From the NCBI GenBank assembly GCA_012295275.1, contig CM022667.1, forward strand, positions 19,406,001 through 19,470,000: a stretch of DNA of 64,000 nt, read 5' to 3'. This stretch comes from Chrysomallon squamiferum. Its lineage: Eukaryota > Animalia > Mollusca. Shown piece by piece: positions 1 to 29,253 of this stretch. Positions within the stretch are counted from its first letter, which is position 1; every line of letters starts with the position of its first letter. The notes beneath the pieces were generated by a model. That model did not search any database. It saw only the letters and a program-made list of their open reading frames with translations, and was not told the origin of the DNA. The position numbers and the translations under genes were made by a program.

Positions 1-265
1 CCAAACATGAAATATGGGAATGGTAAAGCTTTATTAAGAGGGTGCTTAAATTCAGTTGTTATTATTATTATTACTGTATTTAAGAACAATAATTATTACA
101 TATTAATGCACCAGATATAGAAATTTCTAATTAGGAAGCCTCAGACACAAACAAAAAAAACACATGACTTTTGTCTTGCTTTCTGATGAATTTACTTAAA
201 AATTAACTGATCAACATTTCTTAATTAAAATTTCTTTTCAAAACACATCTGAGGAAGATTCTTAC

Positions 266-2199
266 TTAAAGAAATCATCAACTACTCGGTCTCTCTCATT
301 CTTCTGACTATCAGCCTAAAAACAAGTTTTATTGTAAGATATAATGTAAATTATAAAAATGTTCAATATAATGTAAAATATATTTTATTTTAATATGTAA
401 GGTCTTAATATAAAATTGTAACAAAAATTGATTTCACACAATATTAAAATATAAAATATTAAACATTAGATATATAAAATGGGGAATGTTAACAATAAAA
501 TGGATGATATTTTATGCAAAGAATAACCTGTTTTTTAATTTAATATAAAAGTAAATGCATAATATATATTTGAATATGAAATTGAGATAAAAGCTTTCAT
601 CTCACCTGCAGTTCGTCTTTAAACCAATCATCAAGATCTTTCTGTTGACTACTGCTATGAACCACTAAATCACTTCCTCCGATGATATTTGGCAAACGAT
701 CTGAACCAACGTGGAAAACCTGAAAGAATTGAGAACATTTTAACAATAACAGCATCATTGTTGTTCTCTAGATCAACACTCATCTGTGCAAAACAGCATG
801 TTATTTTCTTCTTTTTTTTAAATTCATTGCAAATAAAACTCAGTAATAATGGTGGATAGGATAACTGCAAACTAATCATCAATAGGTATCTTTAAAATAT
901 TTTTAAAAAAAAACTAAAATAAAAATGTATCATCATAAAACACAAACCTTTTTGAATTTTTTGAAGTTCCTCACCAGTTTACCATTCCATCTGACAAATC
1001 CTGCAGGAACATTTTCGTCAGTTTTCGTGTTGTTTGATTTTTGTATAGGGCGTTTAACAAGATCTACAAACACTGTGACGACAACATTTTGAGGTAAGTC
1101 ATTTTCTTTCTCATACACTTCAGATTTGATGACTTGATACTGTCAGAAAACAATTTAACAGTTAAATTAAAAAAGAAACAAATTTACAATTTTGATAGTT
1201 TTGATTATAATTAAGACTGCAATGGTGTAGTAATAACTGTGCATATTTAATTGTAATAACTTTTTGTGAAATTTAAGTTTTAAAGAATGTTAAAGATCAT
1301 ATCTCTTTTAGTTACAAATATCAAATTTTTCCCAGTAATTCTATGGATAAGAAAAATTGCTGAAGAATTATGTAAAGTTCAAAAAATGTTATTTGTGTTC
1401 TAGATAACAGCAAATAAGATAGGCTATTTTTTTTTCTTTTAAACAGAAAATTTTAAAACATTGAGACATTTATACAGTATATTATCTATCAATATTAAAT
1501 CAATATTCATTTAAATAAATAATTTACCTCAATAGGTTTTCTTGTTGTGAGAAATCCAGGTGGCACCTCATCATTTAAAGGCAGACAACTCTAAGTAAAT
1601 AAATACACAACAACAAATTAAGAAAGGTGCAAACAACTGACTAAAAAAGCAAGTAAACTGTTGTCACAGAGATAAAATTAAGATAAAGATATTAATTGTA
1701 TCTACTCCAATCAGATGTATATTTGTAGGTATTTAAATCTCTACATTCTTGTACATACGACAGTACATACCATGTCATCTTAGTGACTGTAACTGTAGAA
1801 AAACAGAAAATTTACAACAAACTACATACATACGTATATACATATATACAAGAACACTGTTTTCAAGAAAATATTTTCATCAGCAGTGATTGCCAAAATT
1901 TAATAATATCAAAAAATATAATTTAATAATAATAATAATTTTATATATATATAAGGTACAAAATTATGTGATACGTTTTTAAAATTGTATAGCTCTCTGA
2001 AACTTGTACAACAGTTTGCACAGTATCTGTGAAAAAATTTCTTTGTATAGCTAATTTGATTCTGAGCTTTCATCCTGTTAATGAAAATTCTTTAAAAAAC
2101 ATTCAAACAAAACATATCTTTTATTACAACTTAGTTTGTTGGGGGTTTTTGGCTTCTTCTTGTTGGGCTTTTCTATAAAAATTAAGAAACTTCCATAGC

Positions 2200-2230
<31 letters not shown>

Positions 2231-5200
2231 TTAAAACCAGGATTTTAAGCAGTTTTACAACCACTTTTCACTCAAGTACATACTCCCTATCTTAATATAT
2301 ATATTTTTTTTAAAAGAGTCATTCCACAGCTAGATGCTGAATTTGTCCACTAATAATATATGCTTCAAGTATGTTGTTAAAAAAAAAAGAAAAGGAAAGA
2401 GAGTTACTAGTCAAAGAGTTAAAAACTCACCTGATTCACAGACTCAGTTTTATACACTCTCACTTTGTCTTTGTCTTCTTGTTCATCCAATTCTATCACT
2501 TCCTGTTTAATCTCTTTTTTTGATGTCAGTGAATGAGAGATTATTTCTGAATCTTGTATTAACTGTGGTGAACCAGGAACTACAAAATTAAAAGTAATAA
2601 ATCATTAATAATTGCTAGAAAAATGGCTTTATCATTTATTATGTACAAATTAATGTTTAATATATTGTAATGTCTGAAACATCACACAGATGGCACAAAT
2701 TTGTTTTCCATTCATTACTTCTCTAACATGGCCCAAAAGACTAAGTGCTGGTATCCCTGGAAATTTACTGAATAGTTGTGGAGCAGTGACTAGAATTTGG
2801 AAATGGCTTCAAGGATATACTAACAAAGAATACACATTTTACTAATGTGTTACACTGGAATTTATTCCCTGTTTCTTTAGATCAATATAAGTTTTTCAAA
2901 AGACAATATGGCAGAACATGTTTAATAAGAGGTAAAAGAAATTTTGTTTTCTTCCATGAAGTGAAAAGGTTACAGACATACCTGTGTTTTCATCTTCCTG
3001 TTTCACAGTCAACTGTTCTGTGTCCTCTTTTACATCTTCTCCCTCAATTCTTACAACACATTTCTTTTTGTTATTCACCTTGTCCTGAATAAAACGTTTA
3101 TTATCATCATCATCATCATCATCCAGTTGTCCTCTTTTCCGTTTTGGCTGAAGAGAAGAACCATGAGCTGCTGGTTTTAATGATGTTGATATTTTTCTAT
3201 CCTCATCATCACTGTCATCAAAAAGAGTGCCACCTCCACGGCTTGCTGCTGGTGTAGCTGTTGAAGAAATCATCTTTGATGTTGCACGCTCATCCTCATC
3301 ACTGTCATCAAAAAGTGTCAAACTTTGTTTTCTTTTCTGGGGGACAGGGGAGGGTGATTTTGATGACCTTCGACCTCTCTTTGACCCTAAAACTGCTGAT
3401 GTTTTTTGTGGTGTTTCTTTTTCTTGTTTCATAGTTACACTTTTAGATAATGATGTAATGTTAGGTTTTCCTTGTTCTGAAATTTGCACAGATCTAAAAA
3501 AAGGGGAAAAACCAATTATTCTAGCAAATTTATTTCATTATTTGACAAATATTGAAAAAAAAACTTCTTTCAAAAAATGTGTATTTAAAGTTATAACTAC
3601 TTTGAATCAGCATTATTTATGTACACATATTTATATAACAGTGTGTGTATTTTTTGTTCATGTTTCCTAGGCAAACATGTCCATGTTTATGTTAAGGGGT
3701 CGCTTTTTGTTTTTATATTTTGTTTTTTCATTTTGGGGGTCAGATGATTTTTATTTCTTCCTTTGTAGACTGAAAAAATTAATTGGGAGTCCAAGTCTAT
3801 ATATATATATACACAAATATACATCATTAGTACATACGTCATATTAAGATTACATTCAGTTTTATCTGCATCCATTGGTTCATCTTTGACCTTTGACACC
3901 ATACTCACTTCCTGTAAATATGAATAATGTAAACATAGAAATAAAATAAAAAATTAAGATTAAAATAACAAATCTACTAAACTAATGAACTATCAGAGCA
4001 AAATGGATTATTTGGGATAACAAAGTGTGAAAATGCAGAGGAAAAAAACAAAACATTAAAGAGAGGATAATTAATTAATTATTAAAAAATGAATGCTCAA
4101 TGACACCATATACAGTCAAAACGAACAAGCTACTTGGTGTCAAACTGTATATACATATAAGGAATAAATTATTATGTTAAAAAAAATCTTATTACTTGAA
4201 CTTTACTAATTATTAATGAACAAGGCTAATTTTAAATTTCTAAATTTTGTTTTATTTAAAAATAATACTGTGTACCATTTTGCTACTTTTATCCTTTTTC
4301 TTTTCCAAAAGTTTGTTTTGTTCTGTTCTGAAAAACAATAGAAATAACTCACATCATTTATAGATGTTTTTTTTAAAATCCATTCTATTTTTATTTTATA
4401 TTTGTAGTTTTTTATTAATGTATTTGTGTGTACATGTGTGTATGAATTTCTGTACATACATTATGTATAATGCAAGTAAATGTTATGCAATATGCTAGTG
4501 AGATATCTGTAGCAATATTTGAAGTTTGGTGTAATAGGAATACAAGCTTTAACAAAACACAAATAACACTTACTGGGAGGACAAGTCAGTATTTTCAACA
4601 AGAACTTCAAAATCCTGAACACTTTCTGACAATGACTGAGAGGGCAAAGGCAGCAAATTCTGACCTAAAACAAATTATATGATTAGCTTAGATTAAAAAA
4701 ACCAGCATCTTTCAAAATAAGTTAATGACAGCTCAGTATTTGTGTTTATCAGATGTCAAATACATTATTTATTTTATATGTATATGTTTTATTACCTGTA
4801 TCAACATCAGGATTACAATGTCGTTCTGTTGAACAGTACAAAACTGAATAACCAATTTCAGAATTGTGTATCATCTGTTTCCCTTTCCTGTGAAAAATTT
4901 GAGATTAAAAACAGATTTATAAAGATAGCTTTTTTCACATTATTTATTTTTAATATTAAACAGTTGTCATTCTGAAAATAACAACCCTTCAGTAATTTAC
5001 AATACATTTAGAAATTTGTTAATTTTAATTTAGACAAATCAGACATCTTTGTTGGAGAGAATAAGTAAAGGAGTTTAAATAATTTAAATATTTAAGGTGA
5101 CTTTACCAAAATTTAACATCAGTGAGCTGCATTTAGTTATGCACAATGGGTATCTTACTCTTCTTATTCACATTACTCCATTTGCAATAACTATCACATT

Positions 5201-8200
5201 AGCTGTGAACAGGACAGGAAACCAGTGTCTGTCAGAAAACAAACAAAGTAACCTTTACTCACATTTTCAAAAATGACTGGACATGGTGAAGCCATTTTTT
5301 CCCATTTTCTGTAAGCAGCTGTTGATCCTCAGCATCACAGTTCATCACCACTGTGCCGTTTTCTATCAAAACATCATCGCTGTTGTCATCAGAACCTTCC
5401 TCCATTAATCTGGGAATACCACCAGCCATTTCTATAGCCAAACTCATCTTCTTAAACTGCAAGTTAGAACAACAGATTATCTCACTGCTCTGATACCTGA
5501 GTGGCCAGTTCAGCGATTCAACTTGTTATTATTGTAAACAACTCCATCCCAGTGATTAAAAACTAAATTTTATTTACCCAGACATTAAAACAGATGTGTT
5601 TAAACAGACAATTACAGTTGTATATTTTGTTTCTATGTAAAAATACAAAAGAAACCCCACATCATTCATACAATTAGTACATTTGCAATAACATGATTTT
5701 TGTACATGAAATTATCATTCATTTCATTCCCACCTCTCTCCATTATTCCCCTATCCAAATCAATGACAAGCTTAAGCAAGTCTCAAAATTAATATTATAT
5801 TTTTATACGCGAGCATATGAGCAACATGCATATTATAGAGACAAAAAAATAAATTTAAAATAATGCAGCATACTTTAATAAGATAATACCTGTCTCTGAC
5901 TAAGAAAAATGAAGGTCATCCCTTCAAACAGAATTTGTCTTCTTTCATCTGCGCTGAATGAAACATTTTCAGGATTCACCTGTGATTCAGCCACAGGAGG
6001 CAAATACCTGGGAAATACATTCATTTCAAGCTGTTAATTTAAATAATATGGTGACTGCACATATAACATAATACACTGTTGCTTATAGTGCCTCAAAGAA
6101 ATCTTTGATTAAGTTTGTTTAAGATAAATACAAATTTCTATCTGAATTTAAAATTTAATTTTCTTTTTCTGAAAATTCTGTAATGCAATAATAAAGTGAA
6201 CTAACAAAAAAAGTTATAAATGTTTGCCTACACACAGATATTTTTTGGTTGTTGTTTTCTTTTGTAATTTCTATTTTAAATCTTTATATTTTGGCACAAT
6301 TAGTGGAGATGTTTCTATACTGTCTGATTTATGACCTACTGTTGTGCATCTGGTTTTGAGCCTTCCCCTTTCAAGAACAAAAGAAAATCTTCCAGGTATT
6401 TTGGAGTGACCACAGACTTCAGAGATACCATGGCACATATTACCTATTAAATAATAAATATTTAGACAATGGTGACTGCACCTGGAACAGGAATATTTAT
6501 AATATCATTTGAAATATTAATACACAACATAAAATATGTAAAATATGTAATATATACAATTTATAACATTTTAAACCATAAATTTACAAACATAAATGAT
6601 TTTTTAATACTGTTTGACTTGTCATGTTGTATCTACATATTTATATATCTCCAAGGTTACATCAGTGTGGTTATTAAGTTAATATTTGTGTCTGCGATTC
6701 ATTCAGCTTTCCAAATTAAATTCACAATTTTGTTATTTACTCTTGTAATTCTGTTCATAAATGTGAAAAGCTCATTGTGAATGTGTGTGTTTGATATTAA
6801 GCTGCTGCAAACCAAATTAGTGACTGGGTAACATTTCTAAACAAATGGCTAATGGAAAGTGAAAATAGCAAAAATAAAAATGAAAATAATAATAATTTTT
6901 TTTTACTGTAGCTTGTAATTCCATTATTTCTTACTTTTACATTAGTTCAAATCTAAAATAACCCCAGAACATGTATTAATAATTGCCGTTACTTTATTAA
7001 ATAAATATATAACTAGCTAAAATAACACTTATTTTCATACTAAATAAACTTCTTAATTATTCAGTTTTCATTGGTCACTATAAAGACCTAAATAAAGTTG
7101 ATAGTTAAGATTTCATGCTTGGTATTATTCCATCATGTAACAAGATAATTAGAGTTGTTATATCTAAAAATGAACTTGGTAAATTTCACCACTCATTGAA
7201 TCCTAAAATCAATTTATAAATGTAAGTTACATGGTAAATTAGCTTTTTCCCTAAGTTCACTTCATGTTATCAACTAACTGAAATCAATTGTCTGAAATCT
7301 TGAGTAGAAAACCATTAATCTTCAAATTTCGCCTTTGTAAAACTTTTTAGTGACAGTTGAAGTAAATTGTTATTTATATACCCTTTCAGTCACTTTATTG
7401 TACATTACATATCTTATGTGTGACAGTGAAATGCATTACATACTGCTATACTGACATTAAATTGAATTACATACCATTATACAGTCACTAAAGTGCATTA
7501 TTTATAGTGACAATGGAATAGATTACATACCTTTATAGTGACACTGATGTGGTTCATGACCAACAAAGAACAGTCTTTTCTCCATTCATTTACAACATGG
7601 CCGCCAAGATCTCTTACAACTGTCTTCACCTTTTTCTTTGCAACATTCTCCAAACAGGAAGTAGTCACAATAAATGGTTCATTTATTATACTAAAAAAAT
7701 AAAATAAATAAAATTATTATTAAGAAAAAATCTCTTAAAAGAATTTGCTGTAAAAAGAATTTTTTTAAATGTTTCTCATTTAAAGATATCTGCAATTAAC
7801 TTTTAGAATTTTCTCTTAAAACACTTTATTTCTCATTTCTTTGTCTGAATTTCTAAACTCTGTGAAGTATAACAGTTAATTAATTTTAGTAAAAATAACA
7901 ATAATAAAAATAACAAAATAATAACCTAGATTGAAAACAAAAAAAAAGAACATTCATGAATGATGGTATATTTTATTAAAGCAATCTTTAATTATTATTA
8001 TTATTATGCTGAAAGTGAAAAAGAATAATTAAATACTTACCGAAATGTTGACTTTGGTGATCCAAAACAGATCACATCACCATCTTTGAGAATGGTCTCC
8101 CCTCTCACTTGCACTTTGTTGACAAACGTTCCAAACTTAGATACGTCTTTAAGTATTATAACAGGTAGTTTGTGTGCGTGACTCTGTAAATATGATAAAC

Positions 8201-9826
8201 ATAGATTACAATAAACATAGGGTTTTTTTATAAAGACTGAAAGTGATGAAGAAAAACAACTGACAACTGACTGTTTGCTTGTTTTATGTTCCAATACTGA
8301 ATGTGGATTTTAACATTATAGATAAGACTAAAAATGCCTGTTTGACTATGTATTTATTCCATGACATTTTCATTGAATTTTCAATAAAAAAAAAAAAAAT
8401 GGCCTAATTCACATTATAGGAAATTACAGTTTAGTTTTTATAAACAACAAACTCATATATGGATAAATGTCTTTCAGTTTAACAAAAACTTATATTGTTA
8501 TAAGTAACATTAAAAAATGATTCAGTGTTGTGAAGGTTAATTGAAAATGAAAAACTGTTATTCAGAACTCACCACATTACTGTCGAGATGACTGAGTTGA
8601 ATAACTGCGTGCTTTCTGCTCACTGCAGCATCTCCACTCACCAAGATGGGACAATCACGTCTGCCTACGACATACTCTGTATCAGCAAGCAAAACGTACT
8701 TTTGTTCTGAAAAATAATACTTCAGCTTTATAGAATGAAAATATCTCCTAAAAAGGAAAGTAAAAACTGGCATGGTTAAAACTAAATGAAAGGAAAAGAA
8801 AAAAACTGGGTTTTTTTCTTCTTTTATTATAAAACCTACAAAACAAAAAAAACATTTTTCTCTCTATTAATTTTAAAAAAGATACCTGAAAATTTGTAAT
8901 GATTTATAATTTCTAAAATAAAACCCATAAATATTGTGTATTTGACAAACAAAACTTGCAACCATTAAACTACAGAATTATTTCAGAACATTCAAAATAT
9001 ACAGACATGTGGCTATTTCATTTTTATATTTTTTAAAATGTCAAAACAAAATGAATTTGTTTTGTACAACAAAATAAATATCAAATTTAGCAACTGCCTA
9101 TTAGTACCCAGGAATATTACATTTTCCATGCAAGCTGCTTTTGGTATATATAACTTATATAAGTTATATAACTTATAACTTATATAAGTACTTAGGGAGA
9201 TAATTATTTAACAATTATAAATTTTTGATTTGTTTACACATACACATATCTGGTGTCAGTTGCATTTGTAATTAAGAATTCGGTGTTTTACATTAGCCAA
9301 TTGTTATTTATTATTAAGTCAAGCAAGGAAACATCAAACCTACTTTTTTTGAAAACCATAATTAACTATCTCTGTGAATGGATCTGTAATCTAAACAAGT
9401 CAAATGTTTTGTAAAAGCCTGCCAATGTTTTATGCAAGACACTGTTTGTTAGAAACAGCACACCCCATTCTTTCACATTTAAATTTTTAATGTTTTATTA
9501 GTGGAATCAAGAAAAAAAGAAAAAAAAATTGCTCTGTTACTGATTTAATCATTTAGTCATTAACTGTTTACTGTAACTGTGAGTGTGAATAAAATAACTT
9601 TTCTACACCTCAAATAATTCTCAAAATGCAATTCTTTGCGCAATACTAAAACTTATTTTCGTGGTTTCCAGTTTAAAAAAATAATAAATATATAAATAAA
9701 TAAATAAATAAATAATAAAGGAAATAAACGAGAGTTTCACTTTCGCTTTTTCATGAAGCGAAGTACCACAGTTCTCGTGGTAATTTTGTTATCACCTGTA
9801 TTTGTGGCGTTTATAAGGTACCACAT
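266..9826 (-). CDS. NBN: Nibrin (NBS1), MRN complex subunit; 17 exons in window, final exon probably left of position 1
   Basis: Phase-consistent GT-AG exons: 9796-9826, 8573-8706, 8041-8183, 7531-7690, 6340-6443, 5890-6007, 5263-5456, 4796-4887, 4574-4664, 4276-4327, 3838-3911, 2982-3493, 2431-2579, 1528-1590, 948-1139, 606-719, 266-315. N-terminal FHA (MWYL..EYVVGRRDC..VSRKHA..SKFGTFVN), BRCT (TTSCL..LGGHVVNEW), MRE11-binding NFKKFKK, LPNIIGGSDL and C-terminal DDFF followed by a GTAAG donor. Confidence 0.95.
7378..7545 (-). repeat. Degenerate ~30-bp tandem repeat spanning an NBN exon end and 5' splice site
   Basis: Minus-strand unit tgtcactataaag|gtatgtaat re-occurs downstream; extra GTATGT copies at 7469-7474 and 7438-7443. 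Confidence 0.6.
9147..9170. repeat. Perfect 24-bp AT-rich palindrome in NBN intron 1
   Basis: tatataacttatataagttatata equals its own reverse complement. Confidence 0.85.
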
Positions 9827-9945
9827 ATTCGCGGTGATGTGAGCAAAATTTTAAATAAAATTCTTAAGTTGACGTCTTCTTTCTCCCTCTACGTAACATC
9901 ATGCTGACTGTAACCAGTTGAAATCTCATGGCCGGTCTCAATCAG

Positions 9946-9957
9946 TTTGGCGCGAAA
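9946..9957 (-). promoter_or_regulatory. E2F binding site in the NBN/LARS2 divergent promoter
   Basis: TTTGGCGCGAAA (= TTTCGCGCCAAA on the NBN strand), the classical double E2F element, 120 bp upstream of the NBN ATG in otherwise CpG-poor DNA. Confidence 0.7.
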
Positions 9958-10925
9958 TTCATTAAAATGTGTAATTAAACAATACGGGATTTCTGAATAT
10001 AAACAATATTTTCAATTATCTGTTAGTAAATTGCTTTAAAACGTTGTTAATTGTTAATATCAGATCTAGCCTATTAAAACTATTAAATATTCACATATTT
10101 TCCAAACAGAATTAAATTACAAAATTGATTCCTTACCATTAAACTATTTCATATTTTATAACAACTCATTTTTCAATATGTCTGCGCCCATGAAGTAAAA
10201 CATGTAAATATAAAGAGCGTTCTATTACAGATATGGTTTTCGCTGATTTTTGTGACAGTACATAAATTAGGTAAAAATATTAAAATATAATTTATTTATT
10301 TCGCTTTTTACTTATATTTTTAATATTTTGCGTCGTTGAACTAGATCAAATCAATTTGACATTGACTGATTGAATTGAATTTAATACAGTTTCAAGTTTG
10401 GTAGCACGTTCACAATCACAGTAATAAGATATTGAAATATGCTTATATTTCTAAATATAATAATTAATAAAATAATGCGATAGTGTGAAAAGGGAATCTT
10501 TTATTTTCTTAATTTATAGTTGTTGTTGTTTTTTTTTGTTTTTTTTGTTTTTTTTTCCAAGAAACGTAGAAAGCTGGAAATTTAATATTTAGACTTTAAA
10601 CATAATTATTTTATTCCGCATGGAGCCAGTCAAATATTTCCCTTTTAGGATTATATGTAATATAGCCAACAAACAAAATAAATATTAACGACAACATGAA
10701 CATGTTTTTAAAAAGATTTGTTTAAAAAAACATATACTGACATCCAGCCAATTCGCACGTACAGACACACAGGGATACTCTCACAGATGTATATATATGT
10801 TACTATGTCACATGTTGTATATGATTTATTCAATAGTATCCGCTAGTGACTTTTTTTTTAAATTCATTTTTCTTTTTTAATTTAATTTTAATTTTAATTT
10901 TTTTAATTATTATTTCATCTTTTTT

Positions 10926-10961
<36 letters not shown>

Positions 10962-11050
10962 CTTGCCTTGAGAATATCAGCATCTGTTACTAAGCATATT
11001 AAAATATTATTACTAATATTTACAATTTAATCTGATTTTAATTTTAGATA

Positions 11051-21781
<10,731 letters not shown>

Positions 21782-22565
21782 CCGCGGAATTAAATATTTG
21801 ATTCTGATACATAAATGCCTGGTGCATTTTTGAAATTTTAAATACTTGACTGAAGTTTTGTAATTTTATTCCTTGAAAGATGTGAAAAGAAGAAAGAAAC
21901 ATTTGTATGTTTATAATTAACATTCTGAATGGAATCAAAGTTTGAAATGATGCATTTTGTAAGCAGTTGTACAATACTAGTGAAATAAACATATACATGT
22001 ATATATATATATACACACCACGTGTAGCTTATCTTCATGAATTAATACAAACAAACCCATAATTATCTGCTGTTTGATATAAATGTTTGCACATGATCTT
22101 AGATTAAATTATTTCTTTCTTCCATCATACTATCTAATAAAAATCAAATCTCAAAACAAAATTTTCATGATAACAGATTTTATTTTGATGAAACACTCAC
22201 CTGATAATTTAAGAAACAGAATTATCAGACACCGCTATTATTAGTAACAGTTTAGCTTAGCCCTCATTACACATATAACCACTGAAACTGATATATTTTG
22301 GTTCCTGTGGATGTTAGATATGTTTGTATCTTCTATAACTTATTTTCTATCTGCAAGCAAATTAAGGATTAAGGAGCTCTCAATTATTTATTATTTATTT
22401 ACTGAAATTGATTTTGATATTTTGGAAACAATTTTCTAAGTCAGACTGTTTTCCTCATTTTGCTTGTGGACTTCATGAAGTAATTATATTGGGATGTAGA
22501 ACAGATGCTGCTGGGTAATCTCCAGCTAGTGAAATTCTTCTGTTTATGGCTAAGTCAGACCTGAC

Positions 22566-27083
<4,518 letters not shown>

Positions 27084-27655
27084 TGGTTAATTCAATTTCA
27101 TTCATGACAAGCCACATTAAAAAATATACACAGTTATAACCCCTGTTTCATGCAGCTTTACACGGTTTTCACGGACCTTCTTCTTTTTTTTTTTTTTTCA
27201 AAATGTGCAATGTTTACGTATGCCGTGTATTTTTATTTATGTTCTTACTGACTTTTGGAAACCTTTATTTACCTTCTATTTCTTTTTTCTTTGAAGGATT
27301 TGGATGGATAGATAAAAAAGAATATGTTAGTAATAAGCCAAAGCATTAAAAAAAAAAATAAAAAAAAAATTTATCATGATTTTTACATTTATTTTTTGAA
27401 CTGCATCCACAACCGATTATTTCGGGACATGCTTCTGGTAAAGTTTATTAATAAATTAAACGCGATATTCTGGGAAGAAAATTAAGGCAATAATTTTTTG
27501 GCATGAAATATTCGTTTTTGGGTGGGTTTTTTTCATAAAAATACAGAAATGTTATTATCATTTTATAATCCAAGGAAAAAAAATAGGCATATTCATATAA
27601 TCGGTATTACAGAGAGAAAAACAGTTTGAATCATTTTGATTTCAATATGCGCCTA

Positions 27656-27665
27656 GTCACGTGAT
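27656..27665. promoter_or_regulatory. E-box GTCACGTGAT (USF/MiT-TFE-type) upstream of the ZP gene
   Basis: Palindromic TCACGTGA core about 570 bp upstream of the ZP ATG; function is inferred only. Confidence 0.3.
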
Positions 27666-27726
27666 AATGTAAAAAATTAGACTTTCATATACGTTTAATT
27701 TTTTTTATTCATAACGCTAAAATATT

Positions 27727-27758
<32 letters not shown>

Positions 27759-28403
27759 TAAGATAGCTTAATAATTTATATAAAAGAAATTAAAAAATAG
27801 AAAACGAAAGAATAAAATAAAAAAGAAAGAGAAACAAAACAGAAAATGATTGAATGAAAATTTAATTATTTTAAACAAGATGAAAATTTATATACAAGTT
27901 AAAATAAACAAAATTAACACTCAAAAACATTCTCAGTGAGTATGTGCTGTATAAATAATCTTTGACTGTTTTTCACCTCAGAATAAACTATCAAAATGGT
28001 AACTGTAACAATTTATTGTTCAGGTCATCAGATAACGAACATTTGACATTCTTAAGAAAATGTGAATCATTCATAATTTATTTTTGTTATGCATTTTTTA
28101 TTTAAATTCATATTTTTGTTTGTATTTAAACACTAAATTTTGTGAGATTTTTTTTATTAGTTTAAAAAAAAAAAAAAACCCATTGATTTTGCTAAATAAG
28201 TTAAATATTTGAACTGTAATTCTTTCAGTAATCATTTGGAAACTTAATTGACAAATAAAAAGGGAGTTGAAAGATGTAAATTTCTTTTCCAAATATGTAT
28301 CTATTGTTGTCTTTCTTTTTTTTTTTTTTAATGACAAAAGACAACACACAAATTTCTTTTTTTTTAAATTTTATTTATAAGAAATTAAAAAAGTATTTGA
28401 TTT

Positions 28404-29222
28404 TCAAGTGTCCCAGCCCAGTGAAGTCGCTGTGCTACTGACATTATCTCTAACAGCTCGTTCTAAAACTTGATAGATATCTTTACATCCCTTCATAGCC
28501 TGAGTGAGAACTTTGTCCAGATTGTCTTCATGTAATCTCGAGTTCATCTCTAAGAAGACAATTTGTTCTGAGTGGGGCAGTGTGGCCACTATCAATTCTG
28601 GTCCCCCTACAGACTCTTCAATGTAACTCATGTCCATGATCGGAGATTCATTTACAAAGCCTGCAGAACAAGCACACACATAGTCCTTGAGAGGAATTCC
28701 AGCATCAATTAGAGCCAGTGTGGCTGCATTCACACTGGCACAGTAGTTACCACCATCTGACTGCAACACCTTTAAAACATAAAGGAATAGATTAATAAAA
28801 ACATTACAATGCCACATTTTTTTCTTAAAAAATGTTGCAGTTTTAATGTTTTTGTAGAATTTCAGCTGGTGTTCTTCTTATAGTCAAAATGGTTCACAAA
28901 CAAGAAATGAAATAAACTTTAGGTATCTAAATTACAGTTACACGTTGGTAATAAACACAGTGGGGATAAGATAAAACCTGTGGTTTAATAACAATAGGCT
29001 ACTCTTTCAATTAGCTGCAAGGAATTGTTATATACATATTCTTTTCCCCATAAAGAAAGCAGTAAGTAGGACCAATCACTTTAGACATATATTACTGAAT
29101 GTTACACAAAATAAAATTTCATATATTTGACGTTAATGATTTGTTTATATTAAAAATTAAGATCTGAAATTCTGATTAATTTTTGTACATTTCGAAATAT
29201 GTCTTTGTTCATTTGTTGTATG

Positions 29223-29253
<31 letters not shown>

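Noticed and set aside
2808-2820. U12-type donor-like ATATCCTT on the minus strand
   Set aside because: Lies mid-intron, not at an exon boundary; flanking NBN exons join correctly by GT-AG.
3227-3670. 147-aa plus-strand ORF
   Set aside because: Antisense shadow of the large NBN exon, non-ATG start, no recognisable domain.
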